A stretch of 64,000 nt of DNA from Legionellales bacterium (GCA_002709565.1 PAPY01000031.1:71-64070); one strand, 5' to 3'; numbered from the stretch's first letter, positions 29,098 to 39,287 are shown. The notes: generated from the letters alone by a model not told the origin. Translations and numbers: made by a program.

Positions 29098-30540
29098 ATG
29101 ACAACCCTAGTCCCTGATTTTTCCCGTGCGCGGGTCCTGGTTTACGGTGATGTGATGCTGGATAGGTACTGGTATGGCAATACCGGGCGGATTTCCCCCG
29201 AGGCGCCGGTACCGGTGGTCCATATCCGCGATATCGAAGAACGCCCTGGTGGTGCGGGTAATGTGGCGTTGAATATCACGGCCCTTGGGGCCCAGGCGAG
29301 TCTCTTCTCCGTCTGTGGTGATGATGCCGCAGGCCGCTCTCTCGACGCAAAACTAACAGACGGCAGAATTGCCAAGCACATTCTCAAATCCAGCCAAATT
29401 CCTACAGTTGCGAAGCTGCGGGTCGTCAGCACCCAGCAACAGCTGATTCGGCTCGATTTTGAAGAACCCCATGACGTTATCGATACCTCAGCTTTAATGG
29501 CCGAGTGCATCCAAGAGATGACTACCGCAGGTGCACTGATATTATCAGACTATGGCAAAGGTACGTTGACCGATATCCAAGGGCTTATCCAAGCAGCCCG
29601 GGAGCGTAAGGTACCGGTGTTGATAGATCCCAAGACCAACGATTTTAGCGTTTATCGTGGTGCCAGTGTCATTACCCCCAATCTCAAAGAATTCGAAGCC
29701 GTTGTCGGCCGCTGCCCCGATGAAGAGACGATTATCACCAAAGGCCTGGCCCTGATGGCAGAACATGACATCAGTGCGTTATTGGTGACCCGCGGTGAGA
29801 AGGGCATGACCTTACTACAGAAAGACCACCCCCCTTTCCACCAACCCACTAAAGCCCAGGAAGTGTATGATGTCACCGGTGCCGGTGATACCGTGATTGG
29901 GGTGTTGGCGGCAGGTCTTGCTGCCGGTGAGACTCTGCAACACAGTGTGACCTTGGCCAATGCTGCCGCCGGGATTGTGGTGGGCAAATTGGGTACGGCT
30001 ACAGCTGAACTCTATGAACTCAAAGAAGCCCTCCTAGGCGAGCAAATCGATGATAAGGGTGTGCTTGGCGAAGATAAACTAGCCGCCATCGTGCGCCAAG
30101 CCCAAGAGCAGGGCAAACGGATTGTCATGACCAATGGCTGTTTTGATATCCTGCATCCCGGTCATGTGGCCTATCTCGAAGAAGCCAAAGCGCTCGGTGA
30201 TTTACTTATCGTTGCCATGAATGATGATGCCTCGGTCAAACGACTTAAAGGTCCACAGCGTCCCATCAATCCTTTGGAGAATCGCATGGCGGTCTTGGCC
30301 GGATTGGGTGCGGTAGATTGGGTAGTGCCGTTTACCGAAGACACGCCGGAGCGGATCATCGGCCACATTTTGCCGGATATCTTGGTCAAAGGCGGTGATT
30401 GGCAAGTTGATCAAATCGCTGGGTCCGAGCATGTACTCGCTAATGGCGGTGAGGTATTATCCTTGCAGTATATCGATGGTCTCTCAACCACCGATATCGT
30501 TGAACAAATTTTATCAAAAGAGGCCGATCCTGTTTGCTAA
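29098..30540 (+). CDS. hldE: Bifunctional D-beta-D-heptose 7-phosphate kinase / D-beta-D-heptose 1-phosphate adenylyltransferase
   Basis: High similarity along the full length to enterobacterial HldE/RfaE (VMLDRYWYG, EERPGGA, MTNGCFDILHPGH). Confidence 0.92.
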   Translation: MTTLVPDFSRARVLVYGDVMLDRYWYGNTGRISPEAPVPVVHIRDIEERPGGAGNVALNITALGAQASLFSVCGDDAAGRSLDAKLTDGRIAKHILKSSQIPTVAKLRVVSTQQQLIRLDFEEPHDVIDTSALMAECIQEMTTAGALILSDYGKGTLTDIQGLIQAARERKVPVLIDPKTNDFSVYRGASVITPNLKEFEAVVGRCPDEETIITKGLALMAEHDISALLVTRGEKGMTLLQKDHPPFHQPTKAQEVYDVTGAGDTVIGVLAAGLAAGETLQHSVTLANAAAGIVVGKLGTATAELYELKEALLGEQIDDKGVLGEDKLAAIVRQAQEQGKRIVMTNGCFDILHPGHVAYLEEAKALGDLLIVAMNDDASVKRLKGPQRPINPLENRMAVLAGLGAVDWVVPFTEDTPERIIGHILPDILVKGGDWQVDQIAGSEHVLANGGEVLSLQYIDGLSTTDIVEQILSKEADPVC

Positions 30541-30556
30541 CCATAGGAGTTAATTC

Positions 30557-31513
30557 ATGAAAATCGTCACTGGTGGCGCCGGTTTTATCGGCAGCAATAT
30601 CGTCAAAGCCCTCAATCGCCAAGGCCATACCGATATCTTGGTGGTGGACGACTTGTCTGAAGGTATCCAATACAAGAATATCGTTGATTGCGACATCATG
30701 GACTATATGGACAAAGACGACTTTTTAGCGATTATCGAAGCAGATGGCGACTTTTCGGCGCCAATTGAGGTGATTTTCCACGAGGGGGCCTGTTCTGATA
30801 CCACGGAGTGGGATGGTCGCTACATGATGCAGAATAACTACGAATACTCCAAAGTGTTGCTGCATTTCTGCCTTGAGCGCCAAATACCCTATATCTATGC
30901 CTCCAGTGCCGCGACTTACGGGGCCAATACCACCTTTGTTGAAGACCCCGCCAATGAAGCGCCTTTAAATGTCTATGGCTACTCAAAATTCCAGTTTGAT
31001 CAATACGTTAGACGCATTCTCCCTACCGCCAAGAGCCAAGTGGCGGGCATGCGTTACTTCAATGTCTACGGACCGCGAGAATTCCACAAGGGCAAAATGG
31101 CCAGTGTGGCATTTCACTTCAATAACCAAATCCATACTGATGGTGTCGTCAAACTATTCGAAGGCTGTGATGGCTACGGCAATGGCGAGCAAGTGCGGGA
31201 TTTCGTCTTTGTTGACGATGTGGTGGATGTGAATCTGTGGTTTTATGACAATCCCAAGGTCAGCGGCATTTTCAACGTCGGTACTGGCCGCTCTCAGAGC
31301 TTCAACGATGTGGCCAATGCGGTGATTGATTGGCACCGTAAGGGCAAAATCGACTATATTCCCTTCCCCGAACAGCTCAAAGGCCATTATCAGAGCTTTA
31401 CCCAGGCCGATATCAGTGCTTTACGTGATGCTGGCTATGACAAGGAATTTTGTACAGTAGAACAAGGGGTTAGACAATACCTCGATTGGCTACACACCGG
31501 TGACAATGGCTAA
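30557..31513 (+). CDS. hldD: ADP-L-glycero-D-manno-heptose 6-epimerase
   Basis: Near-identical motif set to E. coli HldD/RfaD ([31 protein letters not shown]). Confidence 0.92.
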   Translation: MKIVTGGAGFIGSNIVKALNRQGHTDILVVDDLSEGIQYKNIVDCDIMDYMDKDDFLAIIEADGDFSAPIEVIFHEGACSDTTEWDGRYMMQNNYEYSKVLLHFCLERQIPYIYASSAATYGANTTFVEDPANEAPLNVYGYSKFQFDQYVRRILPTAKSQVAGMRYFNVYGPREFHKGKMASVAFHFNNQIHTDGVVKLFEGCDGYGNGEQVRDFVFVDDVVDVNLWFYDNPKVSGIFNVGTGRSQSFNDVANAVIDWHRKGKIDYIPFPEQLKGHYQSFTQADISALRDAGYDKEFCTVEQGVRQYLDWLHTGDNG

Positions 31514-31548
31514 AACCCTTGATTTTAAGGGGATTTATGTCGGTGTCG

Positions 31549-31571
31549 TTAAGATAGCGTTAATAGATATA
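31549..31571 (+). promoter_or_regulatory. PmrA-box-like direct repeat (TTAAGATA-gcg-TTAATAGA) upstream of the candidate effector ORF
   Basis: Two 8-mers, each matching 6 of 8 positions of the Legionella/Coxiella PmrA half-site TTAATATT, spaced by 3 nt about 100 bp upstream of the ATG at 31667. Confidence 0.3.
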
Positions 31572-31666
31572 CCCTACTATCGCCCTATTATTGGTTTAAT
31601 AACTGGGCTAGACTTTAATATAGAGGTTGAATACCCCGTTATGTTGATGAAATTGAGAGGTGACTG

Positions 31667-32875
31667 ATGGCCGGAGACATTGTTGATGCAGCGGAAGACC
31701 TGTGGCGGGCTAAGCAAGAAAAAGATCGATGTAATGCCGCATGGAAGCAGGCAAAGGCCAAAGGACGTATCCCAGATGCTGTTGATCAGGCGAACAATAA
31801 AGCCAATAAGGATTATGACGAACTCAGAAATCAGCTATATAAGGATTACGGGTATGACGACGGCGTGAAAATTGACGGCATTGTACAAGAATTCGATGGA
31901 GGTGCCCGTAAACCCCGACGACCTGCACCCAAACCAGTAGAAGACTCAAAAAAACAAGCCAGAGAAGGCGCTGAAAATGCTCAAAAAAGAGCAAAAGAAC
32001 TCAAAGAGCGTGAAGAGGCCGCTAAAAAGGCTTCCGGATCAGATGACCTTGTCGAAGAAGCTGCCGGCAAAGGCAAAAACAAAAAAGCAGACAGTAAAAA
32101 TCCCGTTGGACAAGATGCTGAGGGGAATCCAGTGCAGGGCAGTACTGACTCGCCCCTAGGATTTTCATCCCAATATGCCATGCCACTCAAAGGCAACATG
32201 ATTTATGCTATACAACCAGGCCAACAGTGGTGGGAATTAGGGTTCTTTATGGATGAGGGCTGGTTCCAACGCTATTGGGACAAGGGCTATGAAGAAGGCA
32301 AGCGTGAAATCATCAGGAAAGAGGCCATTGATAATCTCAAACAACAAGCAGCGGCCATTAACAGCGCCAATGGCGCCAAAAAAGGCGACAAAAACTATAT
32401 TGACTTAGATGATGATAAAAAATGCGCGAAGCTTGTGAAAAAAGCCGCCGATGAAGGTAAAGGTATCTTTATTTCACCAAAAAGCGGTGAGCCAGAGGTA
32501 TTAACCGATGTGGAGCGCCGTGCGCGTATGGAAGAATTCTCAATGGAAACCCGCCCCGGAGGCCCCGGAGTTATAGTAATTGAAACCCGTGAAGATTTTG
32601 CTCGTGATTTGCGAGCTCAAGCGGAGATGTTTAATGCTCACTATGGATTTGATAGTTCACATCCTGATGCTTGTGTATTAACCAATGAACAATGTGACAA
32701 GCTTTATGAGGGGGTTAAAGCAGGTGGAAAAATTGTATTTGGTGTTGGTGGCGACGTAGCTGCTGTGAACGAAGATAATGAACATGAATATCTGAGCATG
32801 TTTAGACGAGGTGACTTTAAACCTATAGACAGCTGCGACGTGTCGCCTCCTATTGCACCAACTCTCACACTTTAG
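31667..32875 (+). CDS. Hypothetical soluble, charged/coiled-coil protein; candidate Dot/Icm effector
   Basis: 402 aa. No signal peptide or TM. The N-terminal half is K/E-rich. There is a glutamate-rich block about 20-30 aa from the C-terminus (NEDNEHEY). A PmrA-box-like direct repeat lies upstream. Confidence 0.5.
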   Translation: MAGDIVDAAEDLWRAKQEKDRCNAAWKQAKAKGRIPDAVDQANNKANKDYDELRNQLYKDYGYDDGVKIDGIVQEFDGGARKPRRPAPKPVEDSKKQAREGAENAQKRAKELKEREEAAKKASGSDDLVEEAAGKGKNKKADSKNPVGQDAEGNPVQGSTDSPLGFSSQYAMPLKGNMIYAIQPGQQWWELGFFMDEGWFQRYWDKGYEEGKREIIRKEAIDNLKQQAAAINSANGAKKGDKNYIDLDDDKKCAKLVKKAADEGKGIFISPKSGEPEVLTDVERRARMEEFSMETRPGGPGVIVIETREDFARDLRAQAEMFNAHYGFDSSHPDACVLTNEQCDKLYEGVKAGGKIVFGVGGDVAAVNEDNEHEYLSMFRRGDFKPIDSCDVSPPIAPTLTL

Positions 32876-32915
32876 ATCGGGTGTTTTCACAGGCAAAAAG
32901 TGTTTTAATAACTGA

Positions 32916-34022
32916 ATGGACGCAGCCTATTCACTGACAGACAATACCCTTCACTGCCATGGTGCTTGGACCCGTGACGCGGGCAATAGCCTGGCAAAAC
33001 AACTCGAGCGCCTCAAATCCAACGCCCCAGAACATTTATTGATCGATGGCAGTGATGTGACCATTATGGATACGGTAGGGGCATGGTTGCTGCAAAAAAC
33101 CATTGCCATGCTCGAAGCCCAAGGTAGCACTGTAGAGATGTCCGGGTTTAGCTTCGAAGCAGAGCACTTGTTGACTATTGTTACTGAACAGCCTGGTGCT
33201 GAGACACCGATTCCGCCAACCCCCCATTTGTCAGGTTTTGCCTTTGTGGGCAAATTAACTATTGGTGCGCTGCATCAGGCCCAAAATATGCTGCGTTTCT
33301 TTGGCGAAGTGTTTATTTATTTTCTTGTCTGGTTAAAAGATCCCCGCCGCATTCGTTGGCGTGCCTTGTTTGCCTTGATTCAAACTACCGGTTATCAAGC
33401 AATTCCCATTGTTGCACTGTTGTCATTTTTGATTGGTATTGTATTGGCATACCAAATGGGTACAGAACTCAAGAATTATGGCGCCGATATCTTTTTGGTG
33501 GATTTGCTGGGCTTGGCGATGCTGCGGGAATTTGGGCCATTATTGACGGCGGTCATTGTTGCTGGTCGCACGGGATCAGCTTATACCGCCCAATTGGGGA
33601 CCATGAAATTAAACCAAGAAGTGGATGCCCTGCAAACCATGGGACTATCATCACGGGAAATTTTAGTACTGCCCAAAGTATTTGCCCTGCTGATTGCCTT
33701 GCCGCTGCTCACAGTGATTGCCAATATTGCTGGTATCGCTGGGGGTATGTTGATGTCAAAGATTTTGTTTGGCATTGGCTTTGAAGATTTTTTGAGCCAC
33801 TTCCAAAAATCCATCAAGTTATCGACCTATTTAGTGGGGATGGTGAAGACCCCGGTGTTCGCCATGATAATTGCCAGCATTGGTTGTTTTCAGGGCTTTC
33901 AGGTCAAGAATGACGCTGAAAGTGTGGGGCGCCACACCACCACCAGTGTGGTGCAGTCGATTTTTCTTATCATTGTTGCCGATGCCGCATTCTCGATTTT
34001 GTTCAGTGTCATGGGGGTGTAG
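32916..34022 (+). CDS. MlaE/YrbE-type ABC transporter permease with an N-terminal STAS (MlaB-like) domain fusion
   Basis: The N-terminal ~95 aa has a STAS-like layout. The C-terminal ~260 aa is a multi-TM MlaE-like permease. Confidence 0.7.
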   Translation: MDAAYSLTDNTLHCHGAWTRDAGNSLAKQLERLKSNAPEHLLIDGSDVTIMDTVGAWLLQKTIAMLEAQGSTVEMSGFSFEAEHLLTIVTEQPGAETPIPPTPHLSGFAFVGKLTIGALHQAQNMLRFFGEVFIYFLVWLKDPRRIRWRALFALIQTTGYQAIPIVALLSFLIGIVLAYQMGTELKNYGADIFLVDLLGLAMLREFGPLLTAVIVAGRTGSAYTAQLGTMKLNQEVDALQTMGLSSREILVLPKVFALLIALPLLTVIANIAGIAGGMLMSKILFGIGFEDFLSHFQKSIKLSTYLVGMVKTPVFAMIIASIGCFQGFQVKNDAESVGRHTTTSVVQSIFLIIVADAAFSILFSVMGV

Positions 34023-34802
34023 ATGAGTGACGCGCCTAATGTCATTGAGATTGAGCATTTAACCACTGGCTTTGCTGACACGATTGTTCATGAAGACTGC
34101 AACCTCACGGTGCGCAAAGGGGAGATCCTCGCCATCGTTGGTGGCAGTGGTGCGGGCAAAACCACCCTATTGCGGGCAATTCTTGCCCTGCATAAACAAG
34201 CGCAGGGATCTATTAAAGTGCTGGACCAGGAGGTCATCGGCGCCAGTCCCTATACCATGAGTCGATTAAGCCACCAATGGGGGGTGATGTTCCAACAAGG
34301 GGCGTTATTCACTTCCCTCACGGTATTGGAGAATGTCTGTTTCCCGCTGCGGGAATTCACCCACTTGTCAAAGAGTCTCCAGGAAGAAATCGCCCGAGTG
34401 AAGATTGCCCTCGCCCGCTTTCCGGTTGAGTCACTGCAAAAATTCCCTGCGGAGTTAAGTGGTGGTATGCTTAAACGTGCGGCATTAGCCCGGGCCATGG
34501 TGATGGACCCGCAAATATTGTTTCTCGATGAGCCCACCGCGGGGCTTGATCCAGAAAGTGCCAGTGCCTTGGATGAATTAATTCTCGATCTACAATCGGC
34601 GTTAGGGTTAACCATCGTCATTGTGACCCACGACTTGGATACGTTGTGGCGGGTGACCGATAGGGTTGCCTTTTTGGGAGATAGGCAAGTATTAGCAGTG
34701 GAGCCAATGGAGACCTTAGTCAAATCCGAACAGCCGACCATCAAGGCTTATTTCAGTAATCCACGTGCTCACTTGGCTGATCCGGTGCACAAGGAGGATT
34801 AG
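34023..34802 (+). CDS. ABC transporter ATP-binding protein (MlaF-like)
   Basis: Walker A GGSGAGKTT, signature LSGGMLKRAALARA, Walker B LFLDEPTAGLD. Confidence 0.85.
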   Translation: MSDAPNVIEIEHLTTGFADTIVHEDCNLTVRKGEILAIVGGSGAGKTTLLRAILALHKQAQGSIKVLDQEVIGASPYTMSRLSHQWGVMFQQGALFTSLTVLENVCFPLREFTHLSKSLQEEIARVKIALARFPVESLQKFPAELSGGMLKRAALARAMVMDPQILFLDEPTAGLDPESASALDELILDLQSALGLTIVIVTHDLDTLWRVTDRVAFLGDRQVLAVEPMETLVKSEQPTIKAYFSNPRAHLADPVHKED

Positions 34803-35728
34803 TGGAGTCACGGGTCAATTACACTATTGTTGGATTTTTTGTCATTTTGGCATTGGCGGCAGCGTTTGTCATCGCTGTGTGGTTGTCGGTGGGGCTTGGG
34901 CAAAAGGATTATGATTATTTTCTCGTGTATTCCAACGAATCCGTATCTGGGTTATCGGTGAAATCACCCGTGAAGTATAATGGCGTCAATGTTGGTTTTG
35001 TTGAGTCTATTGGTTTGCGCAAAAAGCACCCCGAAGAAGTCAAGCTTGTGCTTGCCGTCGAAAAAGATGTCCCGGTGTCGTTGGATACGCGAGCTATTCT
35101 CAATACTCAAGGCTTAACGGGAATAGGTTATATGGAGCTAAAAGGCGGCAAACCTGACTCACCTAAGATCCCGTTACTCAAAGGCGAAAAGTACCCTATC
35201 ATCAAGACGTCCCCGTCGCTCATGTTTCGTCTAGATCAGGCACTGGACAAATTAACCAGCAATGTCAGTGACATCAGCCAAGGCTTAGAGCGCATACTCT
35301 CGCAAGAGAATGCCGAACATTTAACCGAGTCCTTAGAGAATATCCAAAGCATTACCGATAACCTGCAGAAGAATAACGAGCGCTTTGACCAAATCCTTGC
35401 AGATACCCAGACCACCATGGATAACACGGCCACGGCCAGCAAAAAACTACCCGCCTTAATGACCAGTATTGATAAGACTGCTCAGTCATTCCAAGATTTA
35501 TCCCATAAATTATCAACTGCTAGTACTAAGCTCGATAGCACGATGACCAATGTGGATGTGGCGGTGAAAACCGTCAATGATCAGTTATTACCGCCGGCGG
35601 TGAATGCGGTCAGTGATTTTGGTGCGGTGATGTTAAACCTCAAGGGCGTGAGTCAACAGTTAGATGAGAATCCATCAGTCTTAATTCGTGGTCGAGAACC
35701 GCTGCCACCAGGACCGGGAGAACGATAA
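34802..35728 (+). CDS. MCE-domain protein (MlaD/PqiB-like substrate-binding component)
   Basis: N-terminal signal anchor, MCE domain, and a C-terminal helical extension. Confidence 0.75.
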   Translation: MESRVNYTIVGFFVILALAAAFVIAVWLSVGLGQKDYDYFLVYSNESVSGLSVKSPVKYNGVNVGFVESIGLRKKHPEEVKLVLAVEKDVPVSLDTRAILNTQGLTGIGYMELKGGKPDSPKIPLLKGEKYPIIKTSPSLMFRLDQALDKLTSNVSDISQGLERILSQENAEHLTESLENIQSITDNLQKNNERFDQILADTQTTMDNTATASKKLPALMTSIDKTAQSFQDLSHKLSTASTKLDSTMTNVDVAVKTVNDQLLPPAVNAVSDFGAVMLNLKGVSQQLDENPSVLIRGREPLPPGPGER

Positions 35729-35729
35729 G

Positions 35730-36350
35730 ATGAAACACCTACTACGTATTACCGGTTCGTCAATTCCCGCTGTTGCCAGTTTAACGCTTGCAAGTGTTGT
35801 CCTCACAGCGTGCATGGGCCCGGTCAAAACCCCACCGGTGAGTACTTACAGTCTCAATGCAACCCCTACTGTGGCGCAAAAACCCCGCACGGCAAAGACA
35901 TTATTAGTCACCAGCCCCACAGCAACTGCGACGTTTGCAACGAACAAGATGGCCTATACCAGTGCGCCGTTTCAAGTGAGCTATTTTGCCAATAATCGCT
36001 GGACCGCACGTCCGAGCGAAATGCTAAAACCGCTGATGGTATCCGCATTACAAGACACCAACCATTATCACGCCGTTGTTGCCTCACCGTTCAGTGGCAA
36101 TGCCACGCTGCGTTTGGATACGGATTTGATTAAGCTACAACAAGAGTTCAGTCATATTCCGTCGCAAATTGAACTGGAGGTTCAAGCCCGTTTAGTGGAT
36201 GCCAAGAGTTTGAGAGTTATCGCGACCAAACACTTTGATATCATCGAACCTGCCCCCACCAACACCCCTTACGGTGGCGTCATCGCGGCTAACAAAGCGG
36301 TGAATCAGTATTTGCAAGAGCTTAGCCGGTTTTGTTTGAAGTATTCTTAA
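35730..36350 (+). CDS. ABC-transport auxiliary lipoprotein (YmbA/PqiC-like)
   Basis: Lipobox LTAC after a signal peptide starting at MKHLLRITG. Its position after the MCE gene. Confidence 0.55.
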   Translation: MKHLLRITGSSIPAVASLTLASVVLTACMGPVKTPPVSTYSLNATPTVAQKPRTAKTLLVTSPTATATFATNKMAYTSAPFQVSYFANNRWTARPSEMLKPLMVSALQDTNHYHAVVASPFSGNATLRLDTDLIKLQQEFSHIPSQIELEVQARLVDAKSLRVIATKHFDIIEPAPTNTPYGGVIAANKAVNQYLQELSRFCLKYS

Positions 36351-36521
36351 GGCCACCTCTATAAAATGCTCACTTGCCCTAACTCGTCGTTGCAACGGTT
36401 TCTGCTTGTCTTGCTAGAGCTTTAGCGTAGGAAGGCGGTGCTTATTTACTATTTGTAAACTCCGCTCCTCGAGACCCTTGCGCCTCGATTTAGGACAAGT
36501 CGCTAATTTATAGAGATAGCC

Positions 36522-37955
36522 TTAATCAAATAACTCTGCTACATCAACAATATGCGAGAAATACTGACTATCATAGACTTCGTCTGAAACACCATTGACA
36601 TGGATTAGTACAGGTCTACAAAAGAACCGCTTGGGGGTTTTGAGGTTATTAATTTTCACTTTCATTTCTTCAACAATTTGCATACCAATAAGATTGCGAG
36701 AAAATTTGATTTCACAAACGTAAAGAGTGCAGGCACTAGTTTGGATCATATAATCAATTTGACAGCCTGGATTGCGTTTCGTTTTACGCTGGAAGAATGG
36801 TCCGTCAATTTCAACATCGGTTAAAGGAATATTGAGTAGAGATTTAATTTTTTTGTGGTTACTCAACAGGAGATTCTCAACTTGTAATCCCATGATGCTA
36901 TCCCAAGCGGGTAGTGACGTCATCGAGATAGTATCAAAAGCACCGCGTTTAATTTTAGACTTGTTCGGCTCAATATATTTTAAGTAAAAACGAGAGTAAT
37001 TGTCACTGAGTCGATAGAGACTGAGACTTGATTCGCTCGCTTTATTGATGTTCCATGTGAAGTCACGGCTGATGAAACCTGATTTTTCGAGAATATCTAA
37101 GTATTCGCCAACTTCACTTTGGTGACTATAGTTAAGTAGTTGGGCTATTTCTCCTTGGGTCTTTGGACCTGATGCAAGGGCTTTGACTATATTCTTATAA
37201 AGTTCATTACGACTAGAAAATAAATCAGAAAATATTTTGTCAAATTCACCGTACAAGATCCCACCCTCTATAAATGCTACTCTACGAATATTTTCTTCAG
37301 CAGATAATTTAGGCTTTAGTTCCTCTAGATAGCGTGGAATACCACCAGAAATTGAGAGATAACGGAGCATTTCATAAGGTGTCGCTTGAATGCCATAAGC
37401 GTTCCAAAATTCTTTACAAACACTGAGAGGCAATTCTCGCAATGTTAATGTTAATGATTCGCGTCCAAGAAAACCGGTACTGCATAGAATATTCTCTTCA
37501 ATCCAAGCAGAAACGGAGCCACTTAATGCTAATATTAATTTCGGATTTTTAGAGAAATATTGATCCCAGGCAATTTTAAGTTTGCCGAGAAAATTAGGAT
37601 CAAGCGAGCCCATCCATGTGATTTCATCAAAAATTATCAGGACTTGTCCTTTTTGGGTCTGTTGTGCTAGATTCCAAAATATATCGCCCCAGTCACCATG
37701 GCTCTCATAGCGAGTATTTAATTCAAGGTTACACTGCCTGCAAAATTCATCACGCTGTGATTGCGCGGTTGTTTCTGCGCTAACAGGCAAGCCAGTGAGG
37801 GAAATAGTCCGTTTCATTTTTTTGCTGAACTCTTCCAGCAATCGGCTTTTACCAATACGCCGGCGGCCTTTGATAATAATTAAACTTGCAGATTTTTTGT
37901 CTAATAAGTCGCATAAGCGACGCATTTCTAGTTCTCTACCAGTAAATAAAGGCAT
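36522..37955 (-). CDS. Orphan AAA+ ATPase of the archaeal-ATPase (PF01637-like) family with a DUF234-like C-terminal region
   Basis: N-terminal FxGRExE...IIKGRRRIGKS Walker A context. 477 aa. The gene is AT-rich relative to its neighbours. It is flanked by non-coding DNA on both sides. Confidence 0.6.
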   Translation of the reverse strand: MPLFTGRELEMRRLCDLLDKKSASLIIIKGRRRIGKSRLLEEFSKKMKRTISLTGLPVSAETTAQSQRDEFCRQCNLELNTRYESHGDWGDIFWNLAQQTQKGQVLIIFDEITWMGSLDPNFLGKLKIAWDQYFSKNPKLILALSGSVSAWIEENILCSTGFLGRESLTLTLRELPLSVCKEFWNAYGIQATPYEMLRYLSISGGIPRYLEELKPKLSAEENIRRVAFIEGGILYGEFDKIFSDLFSSRNELYKNIVKALASGPKTQGEIAQLLNYSHQSEVGEYLDILEKSGFISRDFTWNINKASESSLSLYRLSDNYSRFYLKYIEPNKSKIKRGAFDTISMTSLPAWDSIMGLQVENLLLSNHKKIKSLLNIPLTDVEIDGPFFQRKTKRNPGCQIDYMIQTSACTLYVCEIKFSRNLIGMQIVEEMKVKINNLKTPKRFFCRPVLIHVNGVSDEVYDSQYFSHIVDVAELFD

Positions 37956-37983
37956 AATTGAGCTCCCAAATATCCACCCAAAA

Positions 37984-38050
37984 GGATTAACATTTGTCGA
38001 TCCTTTTGGGAGCTATCCTAACCTAAGGAATTGACATTTGTCAATCCTTT
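37984..38050. promoter_or_regulatory. Two direct copies of a dyad-symmetric motif in the promoter region of the orphan ATPase gene
   Basis: The copies are GGATTAACATTTGTCGATCCTTT (37984-38006) and GGAATTGACATTTGTCAATCCTTT (38027-38050). Copy 2 contains the perfect inverted repeat TTGACA-tt-TGTCAA. Confidence 0.35.
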
Positions 38051-38164
38051 AGGTTTTGGTGTTGTAACTAATTGATTTTAAAGAAAAAAATATTTTCATA
38101 TTTCTGAGATTATGTCATTTTACGAAAAATATAAGGGATTTTGTTTGAGGTGGGCTGCGTGTTT

Positions 38165-38228
38165 AAGAGGTCCCGGGTTACGGATTGCTGCTTTTATGAA
38201 GCCGCAATCCGGCCCGGGATGACGTCCG
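38165..38228. terminator. Strong stem-loop (17-bp arms), probable terminator downstream of icmX
   Basis: CCCGGGTTACGGATTGC ... GCAATCCGGCCCGGG, with near-perfect complementarity, about 50 bp past the icmX stop (38274, minus strand). Confidence 0.4.
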
Positions 38229-38273
38229 GTTTTGATGCTCTTCTCACACTCGGTGATTTTGAGCTTTTTTCAA

Positions 38274-39287
38274 CTACTGCTGTCGCTGTTGGGCTTGTTT
38301 ACCCATACGTTGCGTGGTTTGCAGGCCGAACTTCTGCCCTTGTACCATTTGTAACTCAACGGCAGCCATGTTGGCATTCAATTGTTCTAGCTGCATGCGG
38401 TTCTCGAACATGGCTTGATTGATTTCAGCCAATAGAATGTATGTCTGAACTTGTAAATCTTTTGGGGTAGCCTTGTTGATAGTGTTTTGAATTTGATCAG
38501 ACTCCAAGCGGTATGATGCTTTCTTTGCGGCTAATTGCAGAGGGCTCATATCGCCACTAAAACCAGACTTAGCGCCCAGATCTTTTTGGACTTTGCGCTC
38601 AGCAATTTGGGTGGCAAAGGTATTGAGTCCGACGGAGCTAGTCGCAGCTAAGGTACCAAGCCCCGCTTGGTATTTCAGCACCGTTTGAGGAATAATCTCA
38701 CCATCATAGTTTTTGGGATCCAGGGCATTAGTATCCAGGGGTTGTACGGCATTACTGTTACCAGCCAGTAATTGTAAAAAGAGTTGTGCTTGACTCATGG
38801 GCGAATTTTTGAGGTTTTGTTTCGCTTGTTGGGGATTCGTCACAAATGACCAAAAATTAAAGTCAGAAGGTTCGATAGCCATATTGTTAGCAATGGATGC
38901 GTAGGAAATATAAGGGTAGTAGTCAGCGAGATTTTTTTCATCTGCCTGGGGCACAATAGATGCTAATGCGTTGACAATCTGGGCGGAATTTTTGCCGGTG
39001 ATTAATTGCGTAGAGGTAATATCCGTGGTTTTAGCCGCATCTTCATTGACCCACTCTGGGGCTTTAGCTGCAACAGAGTTACTTTTTGTTTCAGTGCCAT
39101 AAGACAGCTCAGTTGTTACAAGCGGTTTGAGGTATTTTTTGCCAATATTATCGGTTAGATAACTATAAATGTTATTAATGGTTGTGACCGTTTGCTTACA
39201 GCAGTCATCAGCGCGAGCAGCCGGCATGATGAGTAGACTGGCGCTGGCGGTAAATGCCACTAATGAGAGTTTAAGTGTTTGTTTCAT
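38274..39287 (-). CDS. icmX: Secreted periplasmic protein, probable IcmX (Dot/Icm component)
   Basis: Clear signal peptide (MKQTLKLSLVAFTASASLLIMPAARA). Its position is immediately downstream of icmW, as in the Legionella/Coxiella icmV-icmW-icmX arrangement. Q-rich C-terminus. Confidence 0.55.
   Translation of the reverse strand: MKQTLKLSLVAFTASASLLIMPAARADDCCKQTVTTINNIYSYLTDNIGKKYLKPLVTTELSYGTETKSNSVAAKAPEWVNEDAAKTTDITSTQLITGKNSAQIVNALASIVPQADEKNLADYYPYISYASIANNMAIEPSDFNFWSFVTNPQQAKQNLKNSPMSQAQLFLQLLAGNSNAVQPLDTNALDPKNYDGEIIPQTVLKYQAGLGTLAATSSVGLNTFATQIAERKVQKDLGAKSGFSGDMSPLQLAAKKASYRLESDQIQNTINKATPKDLQVQTYILLAEINQAMFENRMQLEQLNANMAAVELQMVQGQKFGLQTTQRMGKQAQQRQQ

Noticed and set aside
29142-29987. 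Several long antisense ORFs (122, 73 and 111 aa) across hldE
   Set aside because: hldE is locally GC-rich, which generates stop-free antisense frames. The HldE frame has end-to-end similarity to a known enzyme.
36351-36520. Possible tRNA/tmRNA 3'-fragment (attachment-site scar) upstream of the orphan ATPase
   Set aside because: This was considered because the island-like ATPase gene is adjacent. However, no acceptor-stem/T-arm/CCA architecture or tmRNA tag-reading frame could be traced in the 170 bp.
38141-38422. 93-aa ORF spanning the hairpin and the icmX 3' end
   Set aside because: It starts in a non-coding AT-rich region, runs through a GC hairpin and overlaps icmX antisense. This is most likely spurious.
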